The translations under genes were made by a program, and so were the position numbers. A DNA stretch of 63,952 nucleotides, filler included, from Candidatus Woesearchaeota archaeon (GTDB lineage: Archaea; Nanobdellota; Nanobdellia; Woesearchaeales; DATGWN01), in the NCBI GenBank assembly GCA_047603125.1. It is 6 parts of 6 records of this genome, joined end to end, with 100 filler letters (N's around TTAATTAATTAA, not from the genome) between each part and the next. Parts side by side here need not be neighbours in the genome. Positions count along the whole stretch, not along the records: positions 26,053 to 38,081 come from JBLKOU010000032.1; positions 38,182 to 49,932 come from JBLKOU010000033.1; 4 more parts are not named here. The stretch is one strand, 5' to 3'. How positions within the stretch are numbered: position 1 is the first letter of the stretch; every line of letters begins with the position of its first letter. Under the pieces are notes generated by a model. It was not told the DNA's origin and made no database searches. It saw only the letters and a list, made by a program, of their open reading frames with translations. This document shows, piece by piece, positions 30,915 to 40,024 of the stretch.

Positions 30915-32140
30915 ATATAGTCATAGTTGGAGGTTCAACGGCAGGAGTTCAAGTAGCTCGAATGCTTCGATTCTATGATAAGAAATCTACAATAACAATT
31001 GTTGATTCTTCCCCACATACACAATATAGCCCTTGTAGTCTTCCGTATTTTATAGAAGGAAAAATTTCATACAAGGATTTATTTGTTTATGAGCAGTATG
31101 ATCAAGACACTATTTTGCTGCATAATAACACGACAATTACAAAAATAGAACCAAAACATGTAATCGGTGTGGATGCGCAGGGTAAAGAAAAGCTATTTTC
31201 GTATGATGTGCTGGTTATTGCAACAGGAAGTAGACCAAAACAAATACGTTGTCAAGGAAAAGCGCCACTTTTTTTAAAGACACTTGATGATGCAAAAAAA
31301 ATTAAAGATTCCTCGGGACCGTTTGTTATTTTAGGGGCAGGATATATTGGTTGTGAACTTGCTGCAAGTTTAGCAAAAAAGGGTGAGACTGTGCAGTTAG
31401 TGGAGATGCAAAACCAAGTATTGGCGCAATTGGATGCAGATATGAGTCAAATTGTTTTTTCTTATTTACAATCGTTAGGGGTAGAAATTTTTTTAGAAAC
31501 TTCGCTGGACTCTTTTCAAATAGACAAACAGACACTTATTCAAACTTGTGGCTTTGAGCCAAATACCCAGCTTCTTGAAGATAATAATTTTCCAATTCAG
31601 ACAAATGAGTTTTTACAAGTAAAAGAGAATATTTATGTGGTTGGTGATGTGGCAAAAGTCAAAAATAAACAAACACAAAAGTATGAGCATTCTTTTTTTG
31701 CAAATACTGCGATGATTCAAGCAAATATGGTAGTTTCTAATATTGTTGGAAAAAAACAAATATACCCTGGATTTTTGACAAATGCAATAAGTAAAATTGG
31801 TGATTTAGATGTTGGAATAGTTGGAACACGAACAGAAGAGGCATGTGTTTTTGCAAAATACAAGGGTTTTGATGCATATGTGAGTTGTGGTGGAAAAGAG
31901 TTGACAGTCAAACTCTTCGTAAATAAGGATGGAGTAATACAGCATGCCCAAATAATTGGATATAAGGAAGTTAGTGGAAGGCTAAATTGGATTGCGCACT
32001 GTATTGAGCATAGTCACACACTTGATGATCTTATTCGAGTCCAAACATGTTATAATCCCTGTGTTGCAACTATTCTTGACCCGGTGATTGAAGCTGCAAA
32101 AATTTGTCGCAAAAAACTCCTTTTATTACAGAAGAGGTAG
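30911..32140 (+). CDS. FAD/NAD(P)H oxidoreductase, Nox/CoA-disulfide reductase class
   Basis: VGGSTAG, SPCSLPY single redox Cys, ATGS, GAGYIGCE, VGD, C-terminal CYNP. Confidence 0.88.
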   Translation: MNIVIVGGSTAGVQVARMLRFYDKKSTITIVDSSPHTQYSPCSLPYFIEGKISYKDLFVYEQYDQDTILLHNNTTITKIEPKHVIGVDAQGKEKLFSYDVLVIATGSRPKQIRCQGKAPLFLKTLDDAKKIKDSSGPFVILGAGYIGCELAASLAKKGETVQLVEMQNQVLAQLDADMSQIVFSYLQSLGVEIFLETSLDSFQIDKQTLIQTCGFEPNTQLLEDNNFPIQTNEFLQVKENIYVVGDVAKVKNKQTQKYEHSFFANTAMIQANMVVSNIVGKKQIYPGFLTNAISKIGDLDVGIVGTRTEEACVFAKYKGFDAYVSCGGKELTVKLFVNKDGVIQHAQIIGYKEVSGRLNWIAHCIEHSHTLDDLIRVQTCYNPCVATILDPVIEAAKICRKKLLLLQKR

Positions 32141-32149
32141 GATTTTAAA

Positions 32150-32932
32150 ATGAGTGAAATTCCTCTCTATGTTGTTCAAAGACAAGGAATTTCTGCGTAC
32201 AATTTACATATGCTACAAAGAGATTTAACACAATATCTTGCGCAATACAAGCCTGGTACTGGCGTTGTTGGTTTTTTTGAATGTGAATCCACAATTTCTT
32301 TTGGAAATGCGACTCGAAGAAATAGTTTGAAACCGGGCTCTCAAACAGATGTGGATAGTCGTATTGAGAGTTTTTTTCAGACTGATTTATATTTTCCCGA
32401 TAGTGGTTTGATTCCTTTTATAAAGTCGGAAAGGGGTGGTGGTTCGACATATCTTGGTCCCGGTCAAAGAACTATTTTTTTTATACTGCCCATGGTAGAA
32501 GAAACTGTCGCGGGTTTTGATAGTTTTGTGAATTCTTTTTTAGAAACGACTGTAAAGGATGCTACCAAAAATGATCAAATTATTTCAGTTCCAAAAAAAG
32601 ATTTAATCTATGTAGATGAGCATGGTCTCGAATATAAGCTTGCTTCAAAAGGGTTAAGCTTTAAATTATATAATAATAGACTCTATTCTCAATTTGGTGT
32701 TTCAATTCATGTTCTTCGAGACAGTGTTGAAGGATTTGCAAGAGTGAACCCTTGTGGTTTTGAAAATTTACTTGTGACTTCGTGCCAGGATTTGAATTCA
32801 TTAGTAACTATGGAGAGCTTTGATACTGGCGCATATAACTATTTATCAAAACATTTTTCTAAACTTATCAGACCTGGGAGTCCAGCTAATTATATGCAAA
32901 AAAATGTGGATAACTATCTTTCGGGTCTATAA
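32150..32932 (+). CDS. LipB-like octanoyl/lipoyl transferase
   Basis: ERGGGSTYLGPGQ, KLASKG and VNPCG motifs. Confidence 0.8.
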   Translation: MSEIPLYVVQRQGISAYNLHMLQRDLTQYLAQYKPGTGVVGFFECESTISFGNATRRNSLKPGSQTDVDSRIESFFQTDLYFPDSGLIPFIKSERGGGSTYLGPGQRTIFFILPMVEETVAGFDSFVNSFLETTVKDATKNDQIISVPKKDLIYVDEHGLEYKLASKGLSFKLYNNRLYSQFGVSIHVLRDSVEGFARVNPCGFENLLVTSCQDLNSLVTMESFDTGAYNYLSKHFSKLIRPGSPANYMQKNVDNYLSGL

Positions 32933-33652
32933 TTGGTATATCCATTCTTTTTGAGCGTATTGCTGTGAGAATTGATGTGCAAGTTCTAAGTCTTCTTTCG
33001 TCCATGTGTATGGTGAAACTTTAAAACCTTTTGTAAGGCTGTTCTCTACTATGGAAATTGCTTTTTTGAATGATATATTTGAGAGCTCAGATATGCATGA
33101 GATTTTCTTTTTCTTTTCTGGAAGGCCTTTGTTATAATCGTTTTCTGGTCGTAGATATTTATTCATAAGGTCCTTTCTTTTTTTATACAAAAGTGTTCCC
33201 ATCACATAGACAACGCCTTGTCTTTGTGTTATTGCGCTTCCTGATATTTTTCCTTTTGCTGTAATAATGTCATTTATAGGTTTAAATTGGCTGTTAATAC
33301 CCATCTGCGCGAGGGCTTCTCTTATTTTTGCTGTTGCAAATTCATGGATGTCTTGAATATTTTCTGGAAAAAAAGTTCTTGGCCCGACAATTCCCCAACA
33401 AATATCATCGGGTGTCAGTACGACTGCTCCTCCTCCAGATTCTCTTCGTATGATGAGTGTTTCATTTATGGCTTCTTGGTTTAGAACATCTTTGATTTTT
33501 TGATTCACACCTATGCTGACGCAAATTTGATTCCATCCCGTCAGAGAAAAGTAGACTGCTGGTTTTTTTTTGACTTTTTCGATAAGAACTTGATTTAATC
33601 CAAGTCTTGTATAAGGGGAATAATATTGAAATGGTATGAGATAATAATCCAT
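32927..33652 (-). CDS. Lipoate-protein ligase family (LplA/LipM catalytic domain only)
   Basis: RRESGGGAV, INDI, KISGSA, GTLLY motifs. Confidence 0.88.
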   Translation of the reverse strand: MDYYLIPFQYYSPYTRLGLNQVLIEKVKKKPAVYFSLTGWNQICVSIGVNQKIKDVLNQEAINETLIIRRESGGGAVVLTPDDICWGIVGPRTFFPENIQDIHEFATAKIREALAQMGINSQFKPINDIITAKGKISGSAITQRQGVVYVMGTLLYKKRKDLMNKYLRPENDYNKGLPEKKKKISCISELSNISFKKAISIVENSLTKGFKVSPYTWTKEDLELAHQFSQQYAQKEWIYQL

Positions 33653-33711
33653 ATTTTTAGTGTTTTTTTAGCATTTAAATGTATTGTGTAAATAGTTTAT
33701 GAGATGAGAAA

Positions 33712-33806
33712 ATTGTAATGCGGTAATTTTGAACAGTTGTTCACTTTGCGAATTTCTCCGGCGCAAAGCTTTGCGAAATTCTGATTAAATGTCGAGCCAT
33801 TCTAAT
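33712..33806 (+). repeat. Structured intergenic element, degenerate full copy (95 nt)
   Basis: Shares TTTTGAACAG and TTGCGAATTTCTCCGGCGCA...GCGAAATTCT with 9937-10032; outer stem decayed. Confidence 0.85.
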
Positions 33807-33874
33807 TTTTATTGTCTTTAATGAAAATATCTAAAATCGTTCAATTTATATACCTAGTGTTCTCTTCTTTTTGT

Positions 33875-34264
33875 ATGGGATACGGGAAGATACTCTTGCT
33901 TTTAGTTGTTGCTATATTATTTGTTGCAACATTGGTTGCAATATTATATGATTCTTCACAAGAACCGATATTAGTATCAATACCTTCCCAGACATTTAGT
34001 GATTTTCAGGCTCAGCATCCTGAGATTGTAGTCATAGATCTTCGTACACCACAAGAATACTCACAAGGCCATGTTCCAGGTTCTATCAATATTGATTTTT
34101 ATCAAAGTGATTTTGAGCAAAGGTTAGATCAGTTGGATAAAAAACAAACATATGTCATATATTGTCGAAGTGGTAATCGTTCGAAGCAGGCCTTAAGAAT
34201 TATGGAATCGTTGGGATTTCTCACTGTCTACGAGCTTCATGAAGGCATTAGTCAGTGTTGTTAG
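33875..34264 (+). CDS. Membrane-anchored rhodanese-domain protein
   Basis: N-terminal TM helix; IDLRTPQEY, GHVPGS, YCRSGNRS motifs. Confidence 0.9.
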   Translation: MGYGKILLLLVVAILFVATLVAILYDSSQEPILVSIPSQTFSDFQAQHPEIVVIDLRTPQEYSQGHVPGSINIDFYQSDFEQRLDQLDKKQTYVIYCRSGNRSKQALRIMESLGFLTVYELHEGISQCC

Positions 34265-34826
34265 TCTCAAATGTTTTATTTACTTCAAGAACGTCCATAT
34301 TGTCAAAACCATTGAATTCCAGTATATTCACACAGGCATTTTTTTGTTCTAAATTGTCATCATAATCGTGGATGTTTCGTATTGTTTGTATGATTGCTTT
34401 ATTAATTCCGCTATGTGCAACAAGCAAAAGCGTATCATTTTTATGTTTGAAATAAAGATATTCGAGGAGAATTTTTGCTCGATTCATGAGTTTATCAAAT
34501 GTTTCTGCACCTATTGGTGGATTTGTTCTCCAATCGGGTCGTACTGATATTGGTTTTCCCTCAAGCTCTCCTAAATATGCCTCACGTAATAGCGGATTTA
34601 GATGAAGGGGTGTGGTTGGATATTGTTCTTGTAAGATAAGTGCGGTTTGATGTGCTCGCTGCAAGTCACTAGAATAAATTGCATCAAAATTCTTATCTTT
34701 TAACCCCTGTGAAGTACAGCAAACTTGTTCTTTGCCTTTTTGAGTCAATTCGCTTGGTAAGTAACCTTGCCAAAATCCATTAATATTACCCTGGGATTGG
34801 CCGTGTCGTACAAGGTAGAGCTTCAT
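34248..34826 (-). CDS. Histidine phosphatase family protein
   Basis: RHG, SSDLQRA, VAHSG motifs. Confidence 0.9.
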   Translation of the reverse strand: MKLYLVRHGQSQGNINGFWQGYLPSELTQKGKEQVCCTSQGLKDKNFDAIYSSDLQRAHQTALILQEQYPTTPLHLNPLLREAYLGELEGKPISVRPDWRTNPPIGAETFDKLMNRAKILLEYLYFKHKNDTLLLVAHSGINKAIIQTIRNIHDYDDNLEQKNACVNILEFNGFDNMDVLEVNKTFETNNTD

Positions 34827-34875
34827 AATAGTAAAAAACACAAGACTTTTTAAAAAGGTATTGTTGTGAATGCAT

Positions 34876-35361
34876 ATGAAATACTTACTTGTCGTCGGAG
34901 TACAACAAATGGCTGTACAACCACATTCTTCGAGATTTGTTCTGCTCAGTCACACACTTGAGCGAATAAATGTACTTATTCGTTTGCTTCGCAAAAAAGA
35001 GTACACTGTCGTTTTCTCTCAATATATTAGTGAGCAAATGGGAGAAACAAGTTGGGATGCCCAAATTGCAGCTGATATTCGTGAGGGAGATGCTGTTATT
35101 TCACATATGGGTGCAAATCCATTCTTTAAAAGTCAATTACAAACTGAGCTTGCGCTTGCATCAACAGTTATTATTTGTGGTGCTCATACAAATATTGCAG
35201 TGCGTGACGCTGCATGCACATTGTCTGATATGGGAAAACAAGTTGTAGTGGTCAGTGATTGTTGTTCAGCTAGTAGTCCAAATGTTCATCAATTTACTCT
35301 AGAAGATCTTTCTCATTCTCGAAAGAATGTGCGCGTTTGTTCATTGCAAGAATTGAGTTAA
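34876..35361 (+). CDS. Isochorismatase-like protein, catalytic residues apparently altered
   Basis: Fold motifs NPFFKS, ICGAHTNIAV, VVSDCC; the usual Asp, Lys and Cys appear as G, H and A. Confidence 0.7.
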   Translation: MKYLLVVGVQQMAVQPHSSRFVLLSHTLERINVLIRLLRKKEYTVVFSQYISEQMGETSWDAQIAADIREGDAVISHMGANPFFKSQLQTELALASTVIICGAHTNIAVRDAACTLSDMGKQVVVVSDCCSASSPNVHQFTLEDLSHSRKNVRVCSLQELS

Positions 35362-35457
35362 ATCAAGGATTTGCAGATTCTACAACTAATCTATTACTCG
35401 GTTTTTTCACTTTTTTAAACCAAAACTTATATATATTGCTAGATATTTTCGGTCTGG

Positions 35458-36399
35458 ATGAGCTTTTCCAAACATTTTCAAAACTATGTGACAAAGGATC
35501 CTTTTACTGATATTATCGGGCTTGCAAAAGTGAAGTCTCAACTGCTTTCTGCGTTATTAACCGATCGTCATGTTCTTATTATGGGGCAACCAGGTATTGG
35601 AAAAACAACATTGGCCAAAAATGTTGCAAAACTGCTTCCCGATGTTGGTGGGAAAAAGGGCTTGGATCGATTTATTCGTATACAGGGCTCGCCGGATTTG
35701 ACTGTAGAGGATTTAATTGGTGATATTGACCCACAAAAAGCATTGGAGTTTGGTCCTTTGAGTAAAGAAGCATTTGTTCCTGGAAAAATTTTTCAGGCAA
35801 ATGAAGGGATTTTATTTTTTGATGAAGTGAATCGTTGCTCAGAAAAGCTGCAAAACGCGTTACTTCAAGCACTCGAAGAAGGAGTTGCAACGATTGGTTC
35901 CTATGATGTAGACTTACCTGCTAATTTTTTATTTATAGGAACACTCAACCCTCAGGATACATCAACTGAGAAACTCAGTGATGCGTTTTTGGATCGTTTT
36001 GATGTCATTGAGATGAGTTTTCCTGAAACTCCTCAAGACGAAGTGAAAATTTTGCAAACACATGGTTTGAAATTATCTGTTGATATGCCACCAAAATTGG
36101 TTCAGGCAATAGTTGATTTTGTTCGCTCGTTTCGAGATCCGTCCCGAGTAAAAAAAATGCCAGGTGTTCGTGCTAGTTTAGGTTTATATGAGAGAGCACA
36201 AGCAAATGCGCTTCTTAATGGCAATAAAGAAGTCACCGTGTATGATATTCAACAAGCAATCCCTTCTGTTATTACGCACAGAATTGAACTAAAACCCTCT
36301 CTTAAATATTCAACATCGCTGGACAAATATGTGATGCAAGAATTTGAGCGTATTATTTCAGGAGCAAATATACAATCGGCAAAAGGTGATTTGACCTGA
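35458..36399 (+). CDS. MoxR/ChlI-type AAA+ ATPase
   Basis: GQPGIGKT Walker A, FFDEVNR Walker B, TLNP sensor, LDRF Arg finger. Confidence 0.9.
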   Translation: MSFSKHFQNYVTKDPFTDIIGLAKVKSQLLSALLTDRHVLIMGQPGIGKTTLAKNVAKLLPDVGGKKGLDRFIRIQGSPDLTVEDLIGDIDPQKALEFGPLSKEAFVPGKIFQANEGILFFDEVNRCSEKLQNALLQALEEGVATIGSYDVDLPANFLFIGTLNPQDTSTEKLSDAFLDRFDVIEMSFPETPQDEVKILQTHGLKLSVDMPPKLVQAIVDFVRSFRDPSRVKKMPGVRASLGLYERAQANALLNGNKEVTVYDIQQAIPSVITHRIELKPSLKYSTSLDKYVMQEFERIISGANIQSAKGDLT

Positions 36400-37594
36400 C
36401 GGGAGTGCAGGAGAAGATGAGGCAGAGCCTGATATTGATAAAATAGATGAGCCGTTAATTGAAAATACCTCTGATCAAAACAACCCTCGGGGTGGAGACC
36501 CGACAGGAAATTCATTAGGAACAGAACCGGTTGATCAAGAACGCCGTGATGGTCAATTTGTTGAAGAAATGTACAACCAAGGCATGTCTTCGTTTGTCCC
36601 TGATTCGCTTTTTTCTCAAATGACGACGCAATTTTCTCAAACACGTCAACAATTTGGTGATTCCATCCTGCAATATGCAACTGGTTATGACGCAGATTAT
36701 TTACAAAGAAATATTAAGATTCCTGAGTTTCAAAAACAATTACAAAAACAAATGAATCAAAAAGCTCGCGAGCTTGAAGATAAGGATTTTATTGATGATG
36801 AGGGAAGTCTGACACAAACGGCAAAACAGGCAGCATTACTCGAGCTTTACATTCGTGAACTTGATGCGCTGCAGGCAAAAGGTTTTTTTGGTTCACACAC
36901 ACACAATATCGATCATGTGTATGGAGAAAGACAAGATGTTCGTCCATACAAAAAAGGTGACCGATTTCGAGATGTTTCTATAAAAAAAACAGCCCACACT
37001 GCTTTGCGCAGACTTCATACATCCATTCAACCGGGAGACTTTCGTATTTCGACTCGTCAATCTCGTGGGGATATTACGGTTTTATATGCAATTGATGCCT
37101 CAAGTTCGATGAGAGGAGAAAAGATAGCTGCTGCAAAACGCGCAGGGATGGCTCTTGCGTATGCAGCAATACAAAATAATGATTCTGTTGGTCTGATTGT
37201 CTTTTCTGATACGGTTGTCACTCATACGCAAATCACAAAAGACTTTCAAGAATTTGCACATGCGCTTGTAAATGTAAAAGCACAAAAGCAAACAGATCTT
37301 GCATGTGCAATTGATAAATCTATAGAATTATTTGAAAATACACAAGGTTCAAAACATGTCATTATTATTACAGATGCCGAAGGTACTGTTGGCGATGATC
37401 CAAAAAAGCGTGCAATGGATGCTGCATACATGGCAAATGAACATGACATTTCTCTCTCTATTGTCGGTGTTGGCTTAGAAGATGATGCATTTGCAAGGCA
37501 GGTGGCTGAAGTGGGAAAAGGCAAACTCTATATTGCAAAAAATATTGAAAAAATAGATTTACTTGTCTTGCAAGATTATGATCAGCTTAGTTGA
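36398..37594 (+). CDS. Acidic linker plus VWA domain (ChlD-like C-terminal part), probably reached by +1 frameshift; first ATG at 36569
   Basis: MIDAS DASSS...T...ITD; frame open from 36395 with no ATG/GTG/TTG before 36569. Confidence 0.8.
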   Translation, partial: DGSAGEDEAEPDIDKIDEPLIENTSDQNNPRGGDPTGNSLGTEPVDQERRDGQFVEEMYNQGMSSFVPDSLFSQMTTQFSQTRQQFGDSILQYATGYDADYLQRNIKIPEFQKQLQKQMNQKARELEDKDFIDDEGSLTQTAKQAALLELYIRELDALQAKGFFGSHTHNIDHVYGERQDVRPYKKGDRFRDVSIKKTAHTALRRLHTSIQPGDFRISTRQSRGDITVLYAIDASSSMRGEKIAAAKRAGMALAYAAIQNNDSVGLIVFSDTVVTHTQITKDFQEFAHALVNVKAQKQTDLACAIDKSIELFENTQGSKHVIIITDAEGTVGDDPKKRAMDAAYMANEHDISLSIVGVGLEDDAFARQVAEVGKGKLYIAKNIEKIDLLVLQDYDQLS

Positions 37595-37979
37595 CAAGAA
37601 GGGAATGAATGTTTTCTAATTTATCGTTGTGGTTTTTTCGCTCAACGATTCGCTCTTTTTTATTATAGCGTGGAATAATATGAAGATGCACATGTGCGAC
37701 TTCTTGACCTGCAATTGGTCCATCATTAATTTCAAAGTTAAATGATTTGCAGTTGAGTTTTCTTTCAAGCATGTGTGCAATTTCTGAGGCAATGGGCATC
37801 ATTTTTCGTAGATATGGTTCAGGTAAGTCGATAATACTTGCCACTTCTATTTTTGGTATCAAAAGTGTATGCCCTTTCGTATTTGGATGTGCATCAAGTA
37901 TTGCAATGAACTGTTTATCTTCATAGAGAATATGTGCAGGGATTTCTTTATCTATAATTTTTGTAAAAATGGAAGCCAT
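37587..37979 (-). CDS. HIT family hydrolase
   Basis: SIFTKII, GHTLLIPK, HVHLHIIPR motifs. Confidence 0.93.
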   Translation of the reverse strand: MASIFTKIIDKEIPAHILYEDKQFIAILDAHPNTKGHTLLIPKIEVASIIDLPEPYLRKMMPIASEIAHMLERKLNCKSFNFEINDGPIAGQEVAHVHLHIIPRYNKKERIVERKNHNDKLENIHSLLVN

Positions 37980-38020
37980 GTAGTAAGAGTAATGTTTTAA
38001 CTTTATAAATATTGCTTCTA

Positions 38021-38081
38021 TTTAGTTAGCGGTAAAAGAAAAGCATAACTCCTTGGCGTGAAACCAAAAATCAGAGTGATT
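38021..38081 (-). repeat. Structured element, 3' half plus shared flank, truncated at contig end
   Basis: Reverse complement is near-identical to 23354-23414. Confidence 0.85.
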
Positions 38082-38181
38082 NNNNNNNNNNNNNNNNNNN
38101 NNNNNNNNNNNNNNNNNNNNNNNNNTTAATTAATTAANNNNNNNNNNNNNNNNNNNNNNNNNNNNNNNNNNNNNNNNNNNN
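38082..38181. other. Artificial contig spacer
   Basis: N run with TTAATTAATTAA core. Confidence 0.98.
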
Positions 38182-38751
38182 ATGAAGATCATTTCACGAA
38201 ATGAGCTGCAAACGCATACACACGCGTACATTCCAAAATTTAAGTCAGGCAAGATACTCGTATACCCAACAGATACGATATACGGGATAGGATGTAATGC
38301 ACTTATCAATGCATCAGTTGCCAAAATTCGTGAAATTAAAGGTAATTTTACAACACCATTCTCCATAATTGTCCCAGATGTGGATTGGATTCAACAACAT
38401 TGTGTCGTTCCAGGTAATGCAAAAGAATGGCTTGATAAACTCCCTGGGCCGTATACACTTATTTTTCAATTAAAAGATCCTAAATTATTCAGTGAGCATG
38501 TGACTCTAGGAAAAGATACTATTGGCGTGAGAATTCCCGATCACTGGATTACTGAAATTGTAAAAGAAGTAGGATATCCCATCATCACAACGTCTGTAAA
38601 CAAAATGGGTCGAACATTTATGACAGATGTTGAAAATCTCGATCAAGACATTGCTCAACAAATAGACATTCTTGTAGAGGATGGTGAAGTTCAAGGAAAA
38701 CCATCAACAATTGTTCATTTAACAGGTGAGCAAAAAATTATTAATCGCTAG
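38182..38751 (+). CDS. Threonylcarbamoyl-AMP synthase (TsaC/Sua5 domain)
   Basis: YPTDTIYGIG, PGPYT, GVRIP, TTSVN, PSTIV motifs. Confidence 0.92.
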   Translation: MKIISRNELQTHTHAYIPKFKSGKILVYPTDTIYGIGCNALINASVAKIREIKGNFTTPFSIIVPDVDWIQQHCVVPGNAKEWLDKLPGPYTLIFQLKDPKLFSEHVTLGKDTIGVRIPDHWITEIVKEVGYPIITTSVNKMGRTFMTDVENLDQDIAQQIDILVEDGEVQGKPSTIVHLTGEQKIINR

Positions 38752-39377
38752 ATACGACCATTTCTCAAATAGTCTTGCAAGTCGCTTTCATCTAATTCAA
38801 ATTTATTTCCAATAACTCTACGTGCACGAACAGATTTTTCTTTGATAAAAGACGCAAACAGAAACCCAAAGCCCAAGCCAATAAAGTGTGCAGTAATTGC
38901 AACATTTGCAGGCGCTGCAAACAGATCAAATAAAATTAAAAAAATTCCAAACATCCAAAGAGGCATAGGAATGACACCCCATATAAGCACTTTCATTTTT
39001 GGTCGAAGACGGATAAGTGCGCCGGCAACCCCCATAACTGCACCACTTGCACCTAAAGCTAAACTTGGCGGAGGGATGAGTGAATACCCGATTGCTGCAA
39101 TTATTCCTGCAAGAAAATACAATAATACAAATCGGCGAATACCTAAAATTTGCTCTAAGACTGAACCCATAAAAAAGAAAAAGAGCATGTTAAATATTAT
39201 GTGTGAAGGTGTTTGTAAACTATGTAAGAACATAGAAGTAACAAGCGTATAGAATCGCTCGAAAAAAACAGCGCTCGTATCTAGAATAAACCAACCTGTA
39301 AACGGCTCAATAGTAATTTGAAGTAAATATACAAGCATACACACACCGATAATAGAAATTGTTGCTCTCATTGTCAA
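38748..39377 (-). CDS. Rhomboid intramembrane protease
   Basis: TSMFLH, HIIFNM, GASGA, AHFIG motifs. Confidence 0.92.
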   Translation of the reverse strand: MTMRATISIIGVCMLVYLLQITIEPFTGWFILDTSAVFFERFYTLVTSMFLHSLQTPSHIIFNMLFFFFMGSVLEQILGIRRFVLLYFLAGIIAAIGYSLIPPPSLALGASGAVMGVAGALIRLRPKMKVLIWGVIPMPLWMFGIFLILFDLFAAPANVAITAHFIGLGFGFLFASFIKEKSVRARRVIGNKFELDESDLQDYLRNGRI

Positions 39378-39847
39378 TCGTTATATAACTCGACACGAAA
39401 CTTTTCAGGAAGTGGCTTTTTTTCACTCTCTCGAATTTGATATCTCTCAACCACTAAGTCAAATAAATCAGGTTGAATACGTAATACGTCTTTTATTGTT
39501 AAAAAACCTAGCAAATTTTCTTGATGAATTACTGGAACATGGCGCACATCATATTCACGCATATGTTCAAGCGCACGAAAAATATCTAAATCAGGACTAA
39601 TACACACGATGTTTTTTGTCATGACTGAAGAAACCTGTGTTGACGCTGGAGAAACATTCTTAGAAACAACACGACGAACAAAGTCACGCTCGGTAAGAAT
39701 CCCTATTAATTTTTTATCTTCCACAACTAACAAACTCCCAACATTATGTTTATCCATTAATTGTGCACACGCCTCGAGTGTTGCCTGTGGACTTACCGTT
39801 ATAGGCAATCGTGTCATTGCATCCAAAACTTTTATTCCTGTTTCCAC
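39374..39847 (-). CDS. CBS domain pair protein
   Basis: VGSLLV...GILTERD and VRHVPV...GFLTIKD. Confidence 0.9.
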   Translation of the reverse strand: METGIKVLDAMTRLPITVSPQATLEACAQLMDKHNVGSLLVVEDKKLIGILTERDFVRRVVSKNVSPASTQVSSVMTKNIVCISPDLDIFRALEHMREYDVRHVPVIHQENLLGFLTIKDVLRIQPDLFDLVVERYQIRESEKKPLPEKFRVELYND

Positions 39848-40024
39848 CTTTCATCCCTCATAAAAAAGGTAAACTGAAATAGTATTTAAACATTTGTGTT
39901 TTGCACAACTACTTGCATCGTTTTTACTGAATAAAAGAGAATGAGAATTCGCCATTCGGTCTTAATTGAAAAACAATAGTTTTCCAAACCTCGCAAACCA
40001 AACGGTTTTCTAGAAAACCCAAAA

